Shown here in pieces: positions 9,286-18,624 of a DNA stretch of 36,254 nt. The stretch comes from Thermoplasmatota archaeon (GTDB lineage: Archaea; Thermoplasmatota; Penumbrarchaeia; Penumbrarchaeales; Penumbrarchaeaceae). The DNA is taken from positions 1-36,254 of the forward strand of contig JARVGK010000031.1 in NCBI GenBank assembly GCA_029762535.1. The letters are read 5' to 3'. The position numbers were made by a program, and so were the translations under genes. The notes beneath the pieces were generated by a model. It did no database searches. It worked only from the letters and a program-made list of their open reading frames with translations, and was not told the DNA's origin. The stretch's first letter is position 1. Every line of letters begins with the position of its first letter.

Positions 9286-11295
9286 ATGGAGTTGAGAGCT
9301 ATGGAAGAAGAGCAGATAATCGATGTGGAGAGAAGGCTTGTGGGCAGGGTGCCCTTCAAATACCACCTTAACAAGAACGCGAGGACCCTGGAATCAGACT
9401 CCGGTTTCGGCAAGGTGGGAGCGAAGATGGATCCCAAGACAGGGGCCTTGATGTACGAGAAGTACGAGGACTGGATACACAAGCAGAAGGTTTTCAGGGA
9501 GGAGGTCAAGGAGACCAACATCCGTTTCTCGAAGGACTCTCAGGCAATAATCGACATACGGGAACGGGTCAACGGTTCCCTGGCCTTTGACGGGAGCGTG
9601 ATCGATCATTCATCAAAGGGTGTCGTTACGATATTCAACAGGTCCGATAGGGACAGATTGTGGGACATAGACGTCGGTATAAGGTCTGAGGGTTCGGAGG
9701 CCCAGCTGGATTTCAGGAATTACACAGTCAAGGAGCTGGAACCCACAAGGAAAGAAGGCCGGGAATACCCTATAGACCTTGCCGAACCGTCGCTTGCGGT
9801 CGAGGAGATCATCTCCACCCATCCCGACCATCCTGAATCCCTTGTGATCATCCCGGGAATACAGAATCCGGTAAGGATGCAGCTTGGGATAAAGAATCTG
9901 GACACGATCCCCTACAAGGAAGTGATCGTGACCAAGGCCGTCCCCCAGGAGCTCAAGAACATAATTTTCCCAGACCAGGCGACGGAGGATGTTATGATAG
10001 AGGGGGGAAAGCTTCGCTGGAAGATCAACGATCTTCAACCCGGGGCGATCAGGATCCTGAGGTACGAGGGTGAGATCGATACTAAAAGTCCCAACTCCTT
10101 CCCCACCGGAGATGTGTATATCATCGCGACCTCGGAGGACCTCACGACCAACATCGTGGTCGATTCCTTCGAGGCGATGTGCAGGAACATGTACATGATC
10201 GAGGCGGACGAGACGGATGAACCCGGCATCTGGATATGCAGGTTCGTCATAGAGAACACCTCACAGTTCGAGGTCGAGGTGCTCAGGGTCGAGGTGAAGG
10301 ACCCGCAGAGCGATGAGATATACGTTCAGCTCGAGGATCCGGGAATATACATACCCCCGGGTGATAGATGGGAGTCCAGGGAATGGACGGTCCCTGGAAG
10401 GGAGAGGCCGTCCTTCATTAAGAACATGGTTCTCAACGTGGTACCCGGGATATATCTCGAGACCAAGGTGGACATGCAGAAGGACGGCGGCGCCTTTCAT
10501 CCCGCGTCCCTCTCATTCTCCAAGGTGTACGACAGGAAGAAGGTCGAGGCCAGAAGGGAGACGTTGATACAGGCCGATATCAGGATCGAGAGCACCGCCG
10601 ACGCCGATCTGGAGCAGCTGTTCATCAGGGACGTGGTCCCGCCCTTCATGAGGCCGCCCCAGCCCTCGAACATCAAGGTATCAAGGGATGGGATAAACCT
10701 TTCGGACAACGTTTCCTTCGATCTTCAGCCGTCGGACAACGATCCGATGCAGGAGCAGCAGCTATATCTCAGAATAGACGATCTATCAAAGAACGGCGGG
10801 CCGCTGAGGAAAGGGGATCGGATAGATATCGCGTATGAGACCGAGGTGGTTCGACCGGAGCCCGGCTCCACCATAGGAGGAGGGGCCGAGGTCGATGCTC
10901 GCCCATACCTCCCCGGGCCGATGATATCCGGAAAGGATGTCGCGGGGATCCCCAGCATAGTGACTGTCCAGACCTTGAGGAAATTCACCGTTGGGAAATC
11001 GGTGGAGCAGGGCAAGTCCGCAGGAGAATACGCCATACAGCTGCTCTATCGCAACAGGGGCAACGTCAAGGTTTTGGATATGGTCCTGAAGGACATACTA
11101 CCGGAGAACTTCACCCCGGCGGGATTCTCCGTTGAGCCTGTGAAGGACAGCTCCCCGGAAGGGTTCACGATACTGAAGTGGCACATCAAGGAGATCCAGC
11201 CGGGCGAGTCCCTTGTCATAGATTATATGATAAAGGGATCGGGAGAATACCACCCGAAGGACGCCCAGATATTCTACAACGACACCATGGACTGA
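9286..11295 (+). CDS. Uncharacterised cytoplasmic multi-beta-sandwich protein (DUF11/Ig-like repeats; N-terminal part resembles a mu-homology domain)
   Basis: 669-aa ORF with host-like codon use, no signal peptide and no TM segment. Repeated beta patterns: IKNxxxxPYKEVIVTKAVP, LFIRDVVPP, MVLKDILPENF, LRWKINDLQPG, LKWHIKEIQPG. Confidence 0.7.
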   Translation: MELRAMEEEQIIDVERRLVGRVPFKYHLNKNARTLESDSGFGKVGAKMDPKTGALMYEKYEDWIHKQKVFREEVKETNIRFSKDSQAIIDIRERVNGSLAFDGSVIDHSSKGVVTIFNRSDRDRLWDIDVGIRSEGSEAQLDFRNYTVKELEPTRKEGREYPIDLAEPSLAVEEIISTHPDHPESLVIIPGIQNPVRMQLGIKNLDTIPYKEVIVTKAVPQELKNIIFPDQATEDVMIEGGKLRWKINDLQPGAIRILRYEGEIDTKSPNSFPTGDVYIIATSEDLTTNIVVDSFEAMCRNMYMIEADETDEPGIWICRFVIENTSQFEVEVLRVEVKDPQSDEIYVQLEDPGIYIPPGDRWESREWTVPGRERPSFIKNMVLNVVPGIYLETKVDMQKDGGAFHPASLSFSKVYDRKKVEARRETLIQADIRIESTADADLEQLFIRDVVPPFMRPPQPSNIKVSRDGINLSDNVSFDLQPSDNDPMQEQQLYLRIDDLSKNGGPLRKGDRIDIAYETEVVRPEPGSTIGGGAEVDARPYLPGPMISGKDVAGIPSIVTVQTLRKFTVGKSVEQGKSAGEYAIQLLYRNRGNVKVLDMVLKDILPENFTPAGFSVEPVKDSSPEGFTILKWHIKEIQPGESLVIDYMIKGSGEYHPKDAQIFYNDTMD

Positions 11296-11298
11296 TCT

Positions 11299-12336
11299 TC
11301 AGCCTCCGCGCCTGGGGGGCGGTCTCATCCGCCTCCTGTCCGGCACCAGGGGTGCCTCTTGCGGAGCCTCCTCCACCTTTTTTCCGAGCCTGGTCTGGAC
11401 GTAATGGACGGCCAGGTCCAGCAGGAAGGGGGTCAGGACCAGTGCTATGAGCGCGATCACCAGAAGCCTAACGGAGTTCTCCGGAGGATCAGACCTCCCC
11501 TCGATCTTGAGCTTGATTATGCCGAACCAGGGGAGTTCTCCCCTTGACTTCCCTATTATCCATTCCCTGAGCACGGGGAGAAGGAAAGGCGGGTCCTCGT
11601 TATGGAAGGGGACGGTCTGGTCGATCGCGGAGTTGTCGTCCCCTTTGGTGAGATAACCTCCATGGGGCTGAATGCCCAATGTCCTGAAGTTGTCAATTAT
11701 CCTCTCAACATCTATGACGAGGTCGTTGGTCAGGCTCTTGGGCCATTCGTAGTTCTTTATGGAGAAGGACCTTGTAACGTGATACAGGCCCATTGAGGGA
11801 ACATCGTATGCTCCTCCCTGCCAGGTCGTCGGGTCGAATGTGGTCTCGTTGAACTCGATATAGACCACGGAGCGATGGATTATAGCGGTTCGCTCGCTGT
11901 CACCGTTGGGCCTGAAGATGATGACGTCGCCCCAGGAATCGTAGGTCCTGTGCTTAATCTCCAGCCCGTTAATGTAAGGGATGATCTCCTCTTTGGGGCC
12001 CAGGGACTTGACGAAGACCAGATCGCCGGTGTCGATGGTCCCTACATAGGACCTTGTGTCCGAATGCTGCATGGAGCCTGACTGGACAACTACAAGGGGC
12101 GGCCAGTTTCCGGTGTATGTGTACAGAGACCCTATCAGTATGAGAAGTATGATGGCCGCGCCCATCAGGTCGTATACGAAAGACCTCTCTCCAAGAATAG
12201 GCTTTCGCGCCCGGTCCAACTTGGGATCTGTGAGGGCCCCCTTCTTTGCGGGTTCAAGTGGTCTTCGGGGCGCCCGCGGTCTTCGTTCGGTTTTTTTGCT
12301 GTCCATCTTCACACCGGTTATGGAGGGTAGGCCCAT
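11299..12336 (-). CDS. Signal peptidase I, archaeal Sec11/S26B type
   Basis: TM segment followed by VVQSGSMQH (catalytic Ser), GDLV, IIHR (His), TKGDDN and a C-terminal TM segment. Confidence 0.85.
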   Translation of the reverse strand: MGLPSITGVKMDSKKTERRPRAPRRPLEPAKKGALTDPKLDRARKPILGERSFVYDLMGAAIILLILIGSLYTYTGNWPPLVVVQSGSMQHSDTRSYVGTIDTGDLVFVKSLGPKEEIIPYINGLEIKHRTYDSWGDVIIFRPNGDSERTAIIHRSVVYIEFNETTFDPTTWQGGAYDVPSMGLYHVTRSFSIKNYEWPKSLTNDLVIDVERIIDNFRTLGIQPHGGYLTKGDDNSAIDQTVPFHNEDPPFLLPVLREWIIGKSRGELPWFGIIKLKIEGRSDPPENSVRLLVIALIALVLTPFLLDLAVHYVQTRLGKKVEEAPQEAPLVPDRRRMRPPPRRGG

Positions 12337-12355
12337 ATCTATAATAAGTTTTTAT
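12337..12355. promoter_or_regulatory. Compact divergent TATA-like promoter region
   Basis: ATCTATAATAAGTTTTTAT in the short gap between the divergent signal peptidase and PfkB genes. Confidence 0.4.
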
Positions 12356-12369
12356 CCGCTCTGTGCGAT

Positions 12370-13335
12370 ATGGTGGTGGACATGAAGGGATCGTCTGAGG
12401 CCGCATTGCTGGTGGTGGGCAACCTTAACGTCGACCGAATATACAGGGTTCCAAGTATCCCTTTGGCAGGCCAGTCCGTACCGGTACTGGCAGAGAGAAC
12501 GGCCTACGGCGGATGCGGGGGCAACATCGCCATAGCGGCATCCAGGCTGGGATTGAGGACGCATATCTCTTCCGTCGTCGGCGGTGACCTTCCAGAGGAT
12601 TATAGGTCGAGGCTGAAGGATTCGGGAGTGGACATGTCCGATCTATGCGTGATCGATGACAAGCCAACTCCTTACTGTGTCATACTGTCCGCCCCCGACG
12701 GATCCCAGATATACGCCTTCAACTTGGGGGCGATGGGGGAGCAGGCCTCGCTCCCGCTTCCCGGGATCGACCCCTCGGAACTAACATTCTGTCATGTGAC
12801 CACGTCGGATCCTGGATACTGCTTGAGGGTTCTCGAACGAATGTCAAGCGAGGGGATACGGACAGGGTTCGATCCCGGGCAGGAGATATTCTTCAGATGG
12901 AAGAAAGAGGAGTTGGTCGCATCGCTCGAGTTCTCCGACCGATTCTTCGGGAACCTCCAGGAATGGAGGGCTTTGGGGGATATGATGGGTTGGGCGTCCC
13001 GGAACGCGAGTCCGACCCTCCCCGGAGTGATGACGTTCGAAGAAGCGTTCGAACACATAGGGGAGGCGATAGTTACCATCGGGTCGAGGGGCGCTGTCCT
13101 GATGGATAGAAAAGGAGCGATCCACAGCAAGGCGTTCGGAAGCGCTGTACCGATGGACGCGACGGGTGCGGGGGACGCTTTCCGCGGAGCTTTTTACGCG
13201 GCCCTGGCAAGGGGCATGCCCTCTAAAGAAGCGCTCGAGATCGGCAATATCATGGGGGGAAAGGTCATATCCTTCGATGGTGCCCAGGAATACTCGGTAT
13301 CATGGGGGGAACTGCTATCATCAAGGGACCGATGA
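12370..13335 (+). CDS. PfkB/ribokinase-family carbohydrate or nucleoside kinase
   Basis: Motifs GNLNVD, YGGCGGNIAIAASRLG, FDPGQ, TIGSRGA and DATGAGDAFRGAF. Confidence 0.9.
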   Translation: MVVDMKGSSEAALLVVGNLNVDRIYRVPSIPLAGQSVPVLAERTAYGGCGGNIAIAASRLGLRTHISSVVGGDLPEDYRSRLKDSGVDMSDLCVIDDKPTPYCVILSAPDGSQIYAFNLGAMGEQASLPLPGIDPSELTFCHVTTSDPGYCLRVLERMSSEGIRTGFDPGQEIFFRWKKEELVASLEFSDRFFGNLQEWRALGDMMGWASRNASPTLPGVMTFEEAFEHIGEAIVTIGSRGAVLMDRKGAIHSKAFGSAVPMDATGAGDAFRGAFYAALARGMPSKEALEIGNIMGGKVISFDGAQEYSVSWGELLSSRDR

Positions 13336-13492
13336 CCCGCTCAGCTCGCCCATCAGTCATCATATATCAGACGTGTCTCGGTCATCATCGCGGGACATCG
13401 GAATGGTCTTCAAGGATATAATACGGTGTTTCCGGCGTTATACTTCGCCCAGGTGACAAACGATTAAATAATCCCGTTTTCATGCGCATTGC

Positions 13493-14251
13493 GTGACGGG
13501 CGTTCACGATCATATTATGAAAGTCCTGGAAAAGGGCCCCCTCCATGTGACCTTGATAGACCCTGATAAGCAGCCTCCGTCGAGGTCCGCTTCGATGGCA
13601 TCGGAAGCCTGGGAGGGGGGGACCGACATCATTCTCGTCGGGGGAACGACGGGCGTCGAGGCCTCGGTCATGGAGGAAGCCCTCAAGGCCATCAAGGGGT
13701 CGGTGCGGATTCCGGTGGTCATATTCCCCGCATCCTCGGTGAGCGTTTCATCATACGCCGATGCCATATTGTTCATGAGCCTTATGAACTCCAGATCGGT
13801 GAGGTATGTCAACAGGGAAGCAGTGATGGGGTCCCATCTGATACGCGAGATCGGCCTGGAGACGATCCCCACGGGATACATAGTTGTGGAACCGGGGATG
13901 CTAGTCGGCGAGGTTGGAGAGGTGGACCTTATCGGCAGGGAGGACTGTCGATCGGCATCCTGTTACGCTTTGGCGGCACAGTTCTTCGGCATGAAGCTCT
14001 TCTACCTGGAAGGCGGTTCGGGGGTTGTCCACCATCCGCCTCTCGGGATGATATCCTCCGTCAAGGAGGCCATAGACATCCCGCTCGTCGTGGGCGGCGG
14101 CATCAAAGGGCCTTCGGAGGCCCGAGATGTCGTCCGGGCCGGAGTGGATATCGTGGTGACCGGGACCCTGGTCGAGGTTGAAAATGACATTCAGGGCGCC
14201 ATTCGCTCGGTAAAGAAGGGAATGCTGGAGGGCTGGAGCGGGAGAAGGTGA
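13493..14251 (+). CDS. Geranylgeranylglyceryl phosphate synthase (PcrB/GGGPS family)
   Basis: Motifs HVTLIDPDK, ILVGGT, ADAILFMSLMNSR, YLEGGSG, VGGGI and VVTGT. Confidence 0.93.
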   Translation: MTGVHDHIMKVLEKGPLHVTLIDPDKQPPSRSASMASEAWEGGTDIILVGGTTGVEASVMEEALKAIKGSVRIPVVIFPASSVSVSSYADAILFMSLMNSRSVRYVNREAVMGSHLIREIGLETIPTGYIVVEPGMLVGEVGEVDLIGREDCRSASCYALAAQFFGMKLFYLEGGSGVVHHPPLGMISSVKEAIDIPLVVGGGIKGPSEARDVVRAGVDIVVTGTLVEVENDIQGAIRSVKKGMLEGWSGRR

Positions 14252-14736
14252 ATGCGGAACATTACCGCAGGTATCCAGCGCCCATTGGCGATCTCCATGC
14301 GGTTCTCGGCCCGCGAGGTCTTATCCATTTCGGCCTGACCCCTCTGGAAGGGGCGTTTTCAAAGGGAGCTTCACGGCCCCTTCAAGACCTGGGAGAATGG
14401 CTGGAGTCATATTTCTCCGGCAGGGATCCGGGACCCGCCCCTGTTGAGCCTGACATGAGAGGTCTGAGCCAGTTCCGGAGGGACATCTACCACAAGCTGA
14501 TGGAAGTGGGATTCGGAAGTATCGTATCATATTCGGAATTGGGGGAGCAAGCTGACCATCCCGATTCCGCCCGTGCAGTAGGGGGGGCCATGGGATCGAA
14601 CCCATACCTTCTGATTGTCCCATGCCACAGGGTCGTGGCCAAGGATAGGGGGGGACGATCATCGCTCGGAGGCTTCTCATGCGGTCTGGATGTCAAGAGG
14701 TACCTGCTGGAACTCGAGGGTCGCTACCCATTTTGA
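14248..14736 (+). CDS. ogt: Methylated-DNA-[protein]-cysteine S-methyltransferase
   Basis: RAVGGAMGSNP and the PCHRV active site; KRYLLELE. Confidence 0.92.
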   Translation: MNAEHYRRYPAPIGDLHAVLGPRGLIHFGLTPLEGAFSKGASRPLQDLGEWLESYFSGRDPGPAPVEPDMRGLSQFRRDIYHKLMEVGFGSIVSYSELGEQADHPDSARAVGGAMGSNPYLLIVPCHRVVAKDRGGRSSLGGFSCGLDVKRYLLELEGRYPF

Positions 14737-14751
14737 TACGATCGGGAGCAA

Positions 14752-14788
14752 ATTTATTATATACTAGATAATTTTGTACGTACTAAAA
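14752..14788 (+). promoter_or_regulatory. TATA box plus DtxR/MntR-like palindrome upstream of feoA
   Basis: TTTATTATATA at ~14753-14763, then TTTTGTACGTACTAAA (TTAG-N6-CTAA with one mismatch) at ~14772-14787. AGGTG RBS before ATG 14808. Confidence 0.5.
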
Positions 14789-14807
14789 AAGTGAACAGGT
14801 GCAGAAC

Positions 14808-15044
14808 ATGAACCCCGTCTTGAGAAACCCAAGGTCGTTATCCAGCATCCCCGAGGGGAATAGAGTTAGGATATTCGATATCCAAGGGGGAAGGGGCGTG
14901 AGGCTGCGCCTGCGCGAGATGGGTCTTTCCCCGGGCGATGAGATCGATGTGGTCCGGAACGGCGGTGGGCCGATGATCGTTCTCAACGGGACCCTGCGCA
15001 TCGCTCTCGGAAAAGGCGTCTCCAGCAAGATACTGGTGGAATGA
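14808..15044 (+). CDS. feoA: FeoA-domain (SH3-like) protein
   Basis: LSSIPEGNRVRI...RLRLREMGLSPGDEIDVV...GPMIV...RIALGKGVSSKILVE. Confidence 0.88.
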   Translation: MNPVLRNPRSLSSIPEGNRVRIFDIQGGRGVRLRLREMGLSPGDEIDVVRNGGGPMIVLNGTLRIALGKGVSSKILVE

Positions 15045-15086
15045 TTGGAAAATCCTTAATAGCATCGCCCCCACTCCGTCCCCGAG

Positions 15087-18041
15087 ATGAAGATGACCGA
15101 CCCTGCCCGGAGAACGGAGGAGGCGGATCCCGATGACGAGGTCAACGGAAGAAGCACCCAGTTCTACGATCTCATGAGACACAAGGTGACCAAGATACTG
15201 CTCGTATCATCGCCTTACGAAGCCTTCATCCTTGAGGAGGATGGGATACTCTTCGAGAAGATATCCTTCGAGTACGAGGATATGAGCCTGAGCTCTCCGC
15301 CCAGGATAAACCGCGTCTCCTCAGCGGCGGAAGCGTTGGAGGAGATCAGGAACCTTCGCTACGATCTGATAATAACGATGGCAAGGCTGCCCGATATGGA
15401 CCCACTCGAATTCGGCAGGAGGGTCAAGGAGGCCCAGCCATCCCTACCAGTGGTCCTATTACTGATGGATAGGGGCGATCTCTCCCAATTCCACAGGGCA
15501 GGAGAATACGATTCAGTTGACAAGGTGTTCCTGTGGAACGGGGATTCGACCCTTTTCCTGGCCATCAACAAGCTTATTGAGGACAAGAAGAACGTTGCAT
15601 CCGACACGTCGACGGGACTCGTGAGGGTAATACTCATAGTCGAGGATTCTCCCAGATACTATTCGATATTCCTGCCTTTGATCTACACCGAGATACTCAG
15701 GCAGAACAAACTGTTGATATCGGAGGGCTTCAACGAACAGGACAAGCTTTTGAGGAAGAGGTCCAGGCCCAAGATCATTATGGCAGAGACCTTCGAGGAG
15801 GCCCTTGAGAAATATACATTCTACAAGAGCTGTATGCTCTGCATAATAAGCGACGTTTCGTTTCCCAGAGCTGGCAGGCTGCATGAGGAGGCGGGGTTCG
15901 AGCTCATCGATGAGATTGATAAAGGGACGCCGGTCCTCTTGAACTCCTCGCACGACGATCATATGAAAAGGGCTCAGGATATGGGGGTGCCCTTCCTCAA
16001 CAAGAACTCGACCGTTCTGCTTTCGGGGATAAGGGAGTTCTTCAAGGAGAGGCTCGGTTACGGCGATTTCATCTTCAGAACGCCCGATGGTACCGAGATA
16101 GACCGGGCCAAAGGAATACACGAGTTCATGGAGATGATAAAGAGGATACCTTCCGAGTCATTGTATCACCACGGAAGGGCGAACCAGTTCTCCAGCTGGC
16201 TTCTGGCCAGAGGAGAGGTCGCCCTCGCCGCGAAACTCAGGCCCAAGAAGGTGTCGGATTTCCGAGACGGGGAGGAGATGCGAGAGCACATAATCGAGGC
16301 GATCAAGGAGATAAGAAGGAGCAAGCAGATGGGGGTCATACTGGATTTCGACAGCCAGGAGTTCGAGTTCGAGGGGACCGTCACAAAGCTTGGAACAGGT
16401 TCCCTCGGGGGTAAGGGCAGGGGTATCGCTTTCCTATCATCGATCGTCAAGAGGTCCTCTCTTTCCGATCGGTTCAGGGGCGTCAGGATAAAGATACCGG
16501 AGACGTTGATAATCGGCACCGAATGGTTCGACAGGTTCAGCGAGGCTAACCGCGAGAAATGGTTGGGAGACCCCGATATGGAGGACCATGAGATATCGAA
16601 GAGATTCCTGGAGATGGAGATGCCCGCTGAGCTCGTCGACTCTCTGCGCAAGTTCATCTCCCACGCAAGGTTCCCCTTGGCGGTGAGGTCGTCGAGCCTT
16701 CTGGAGGATTCGCACAACCAGCCTTTCGCCGGTATTTACTCCACCTACATGCTCCCGAACAACTGCCCCGAGGACGAAGTGAGGCTGGCCCAGCTGGTGG
16801 ATGCGGTGAAGCTCGTCTACGCCTCGGCCTTCCACAAGGCGGCCAGGAGCTACATGAGATCGACGGTCCACGTCACCGAGGAGGAGAAGATGGCCATTGT
16901 CATTCAGAGGCTCGTAGGGAACGGGCTCGGGGACAAGTTCTTCCCCCTCATGTCAGGGGTCTCCCAATCCCTGAACTTCTACCCCGCTCCGCCTCTCACA
17001 AGAGAGGACGGGATCACCAGCGCCGCATACGGCCTGGGTAGGATAGTCGTGGAGGGCGGCAGGGTGCTGTCCTTCTCCCCCAACCGCCCCGGAGTGCTCC
17101 CGGGTTTCTATACAGTTGAGGACATGCTGAAGAACTCACAGAAGGATTACTACGCTCTCGATATGGGGCCCAACTGCGCCCATCTTGTGGAGGGGGACCA
17201 TGCGACGCTCGTCAAGCAGGACATCGCCGACGCCGAGGATGCGGATTGGACCGGATATGTCATGAGCACCTACGATCCCAACGATGGAAGGTTGCGGGAC
17301 GGGATCGGAACGGAGGGTCCGCGCCTCGTCACTTTCGCCGGGATCCTCAAGGGAAAGATGGTCCCCGTGGACCTGATATTGAAGGAATTGACCGATATCG
17401 GCAGAAAAGGTATTGGAAGGCACATCGAGATCGAGTTCGCTCTCGCAATGGGATCGGACGGTGTCCCCGAGTTCTACCCGCTCCAGATCCGCCCCCTGGT
17501 AACATCGAGGGAAAAACAAGTAGTGTCGATCCCGGAGGCGGACCTCCAACATGCCCTGGTCCATACCGATTCAGCTCTCGGGAACGGGGCCATAGATGGC
17601 ATCCGAGACGTGATCTTCATACCCTACGACCTCTTCGATGTGAACAGGACCGTGGAGATCGCATCGGAGATCGGCGCGTTCAACGAGAAGATGTGCGGCA
17701 GCCCCTACATTCTGATAGGGCCAGGCAGGTGGGGTACCAGGGACCGCTTCCTGGGAATACCTGTCAAATGGGACCAGATCTCCTGCGCCAGGGCCATGGT
17801 GGAGTATTCCACTGAGGATCACAGGATAGATCCCTCCCACGGGACACATTTCTTCCATAATATAACCTCCCTGAACATACCCTACCTGTCCGCTGGCAGA
17901 TCTGGTATCGATTGGGATCGGATAGCCGGGATGGAGGTTCTCGAGAGGAGCGCCCATGTCGTGCATGCCGCTTCCAAAGAGCCGTTGAGGGTAGTGGTGG
18001 ATGGAAGGTCGGGAAAAGGGGCGGTAATGCATGAAAATTGA
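15087..18041 (+). CDS. PEP-synthase-like ATP-grasp (PPDK_N) protein with two N-terminal receiver-like domains, a DUF5752-like domain and a C-terminal GTHFF domain
   Basis: REC-like KILLV...DLIITM; REC VILIVED...IISD...LNSS...FLNK; GDFIFRTPDG...ESLYHH...NQFSSWL; ATP-grasp motifs GGKGRG, AVRSSSLLED...FAGIY, IEIEFA...LQIRP; GPGRWG and PSHGTHFFHN. No PEP/pyruvate TIM barrel. Confidence 0.85.
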   Translation: MKMTDPARRTEEADPDDEVNGRSTQFYDLMRHKVTKILLVSSPYEAFILEEDGILFEKISFEYEDMSLSSPPRINRVSSAAEALEEIRNLRYDLIITMARLPDMDPLEFGRRVKEAQPSLPVVLLLMDRGDLSQFHRAGEYDSVDKVFLWNGDSTLFLAINKLIEDKKNVASDTSTGLVRVILIVEDSPRYYSIFLPLIYTEILRQNKLLISEGFNEQDKLLRKRSRPKIIMAETFEEALEKYTFYKSCMLCIISDVSFPRAGRLHEEAGFELIDEIDKGTPVLLNSSHDDHMKRAQDMGVPFLNKNSTVLLSGIREFFKERLGYGDFIFRTPDGTEIDRAKGIHEFMEMIKRIPSESLYHHGRANQFSSWLLARGEVALAAKLRPKKVSDFRDGEEMREHIIEAIKEIRRSKQMGVILDFDSQEFEFEGTVTKLGTGSLGGKGRGIAFLSSIVKRSSLSDRFRGVRIKIPETLIIGTEWFDRFSEANREKWLGDPDMEDHEISKRFLEMEMPAELVDSLRKFISHARFPLAVRSSSLLEDSHNQPFAGIYSTYMLPNNCPEDEVRLAQLVDAVKLVYASAFHKAARSYMRSTVHVTEEEKMAIVIQRLVGNGLGDKFFPLMSGVSQSLNFYPAPPLTREDGITSAAYGLGRIVVEGGRVLSFSPNRPGVLPGFYTVEDMLKNSQKDYYALDMGPNCAHLVEGDHATLVKQDIADAEDADWTGYVMSTYDPNDGRLRDGIGTEGPRLVTFAGILKGKMVPVDLILKELTDIGRKGIGRHIEIEFALAMGSDGVPEFYPLQIRPLVTSREKQVVSIPEADLQHALVHTDSALGNGAIDGIRDVIFIPYDLFDVNRTVEIASEIGAFNEKMCGSPYILIGPGRWGTRDRFLGIPVKWDQISCARAMVEYSTEDHRIDPSHGTHFFHNITSLNIPYLSAGRSGIDWDRIAGMEVLERSAHVVHAASKEPLRVVVDGRSGKGAVMHEN

Positions 18042-18093
18042 TGTGTGACGTTAAAGTTTCTTATAGTGGCTGTAATATGCCCCCTCGACCTGC

Positions 18094-18624
18094 GTGGTCC
18101 GGGGTCGCCCTCGATCCCTGTCCAGCGGGCCTCTCGGGGTGTTCTCTTTGGATGATGTGCCGCCAGTTTCCGGGTCCCATCAAGCGAAAAAGATCGTCGA
18201 AAGAAGCAAGCTGATACCGCGACTGCAGAAGATACAGGAGAAGAACGGCTACCTGCCCGAGGCGGAGATAGTATCCCTTGCAGAGGAGCTCGGGATCCCG
18301 CTAAGTTCCATATATGGCGTTGCGACCTTCTATACGCAGTTCCGGTTCCAGCCTCTGGGCAAGTACGTGCTAAAGATATGCCACGGCACCGCCTGCCATG
18401 TGAACGGGGCCGTGAAGATGTCGGAGGTAATAACCGAGGTTCTCGGGATAGACGAGGGCCAGACGACCCCTGACGGTCTGGTCACCGTTGAGCGCGTCGC
18501 ATGCCTTGGATGCTGTTCCCTCTCACCGGTAATAATGATAAACGATAGGGTGTTCGGTAAGCTGGACACTGCGAAGCTCAGGGATATACTCGACAAGCTC
18601 AAGAGAGGTGAGATCGATGATTGA
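18094..18624 (+). CDS. NuoE/HydC-like thioredoxin-fold [2Fe-2S] subunit (StnA/NfnC-like); start uncertain
   Basis: LQKIQEKNGYLP, GVATFYTQF, ICHGTACHV and ACLGCCSLSP. Confidence 0.9.
   Translation: MVRGRPRSLSSGPLGVFSLDDVPPVSGSHQAKKIVERSKLIPRLQKIQEKNGYLPEAEIVSLAEELGIPLSSIYGVATFYTQFRFQPLGKYVLKICHGTACHVNGAVKMSEVITEVLGIDEGQTTPDGLVTVERVACLGCCSLSPVIMINDRVFGKLDTAKLRDILDKLKRGEIDD

Noticed and set aside
13166-13456. 96-aa ORF or ncRNA in the PfkB-GGGPS gap
   Set aside because: Overlaps the PfkB gene out of frame; no recognisable motif or RNA structure.
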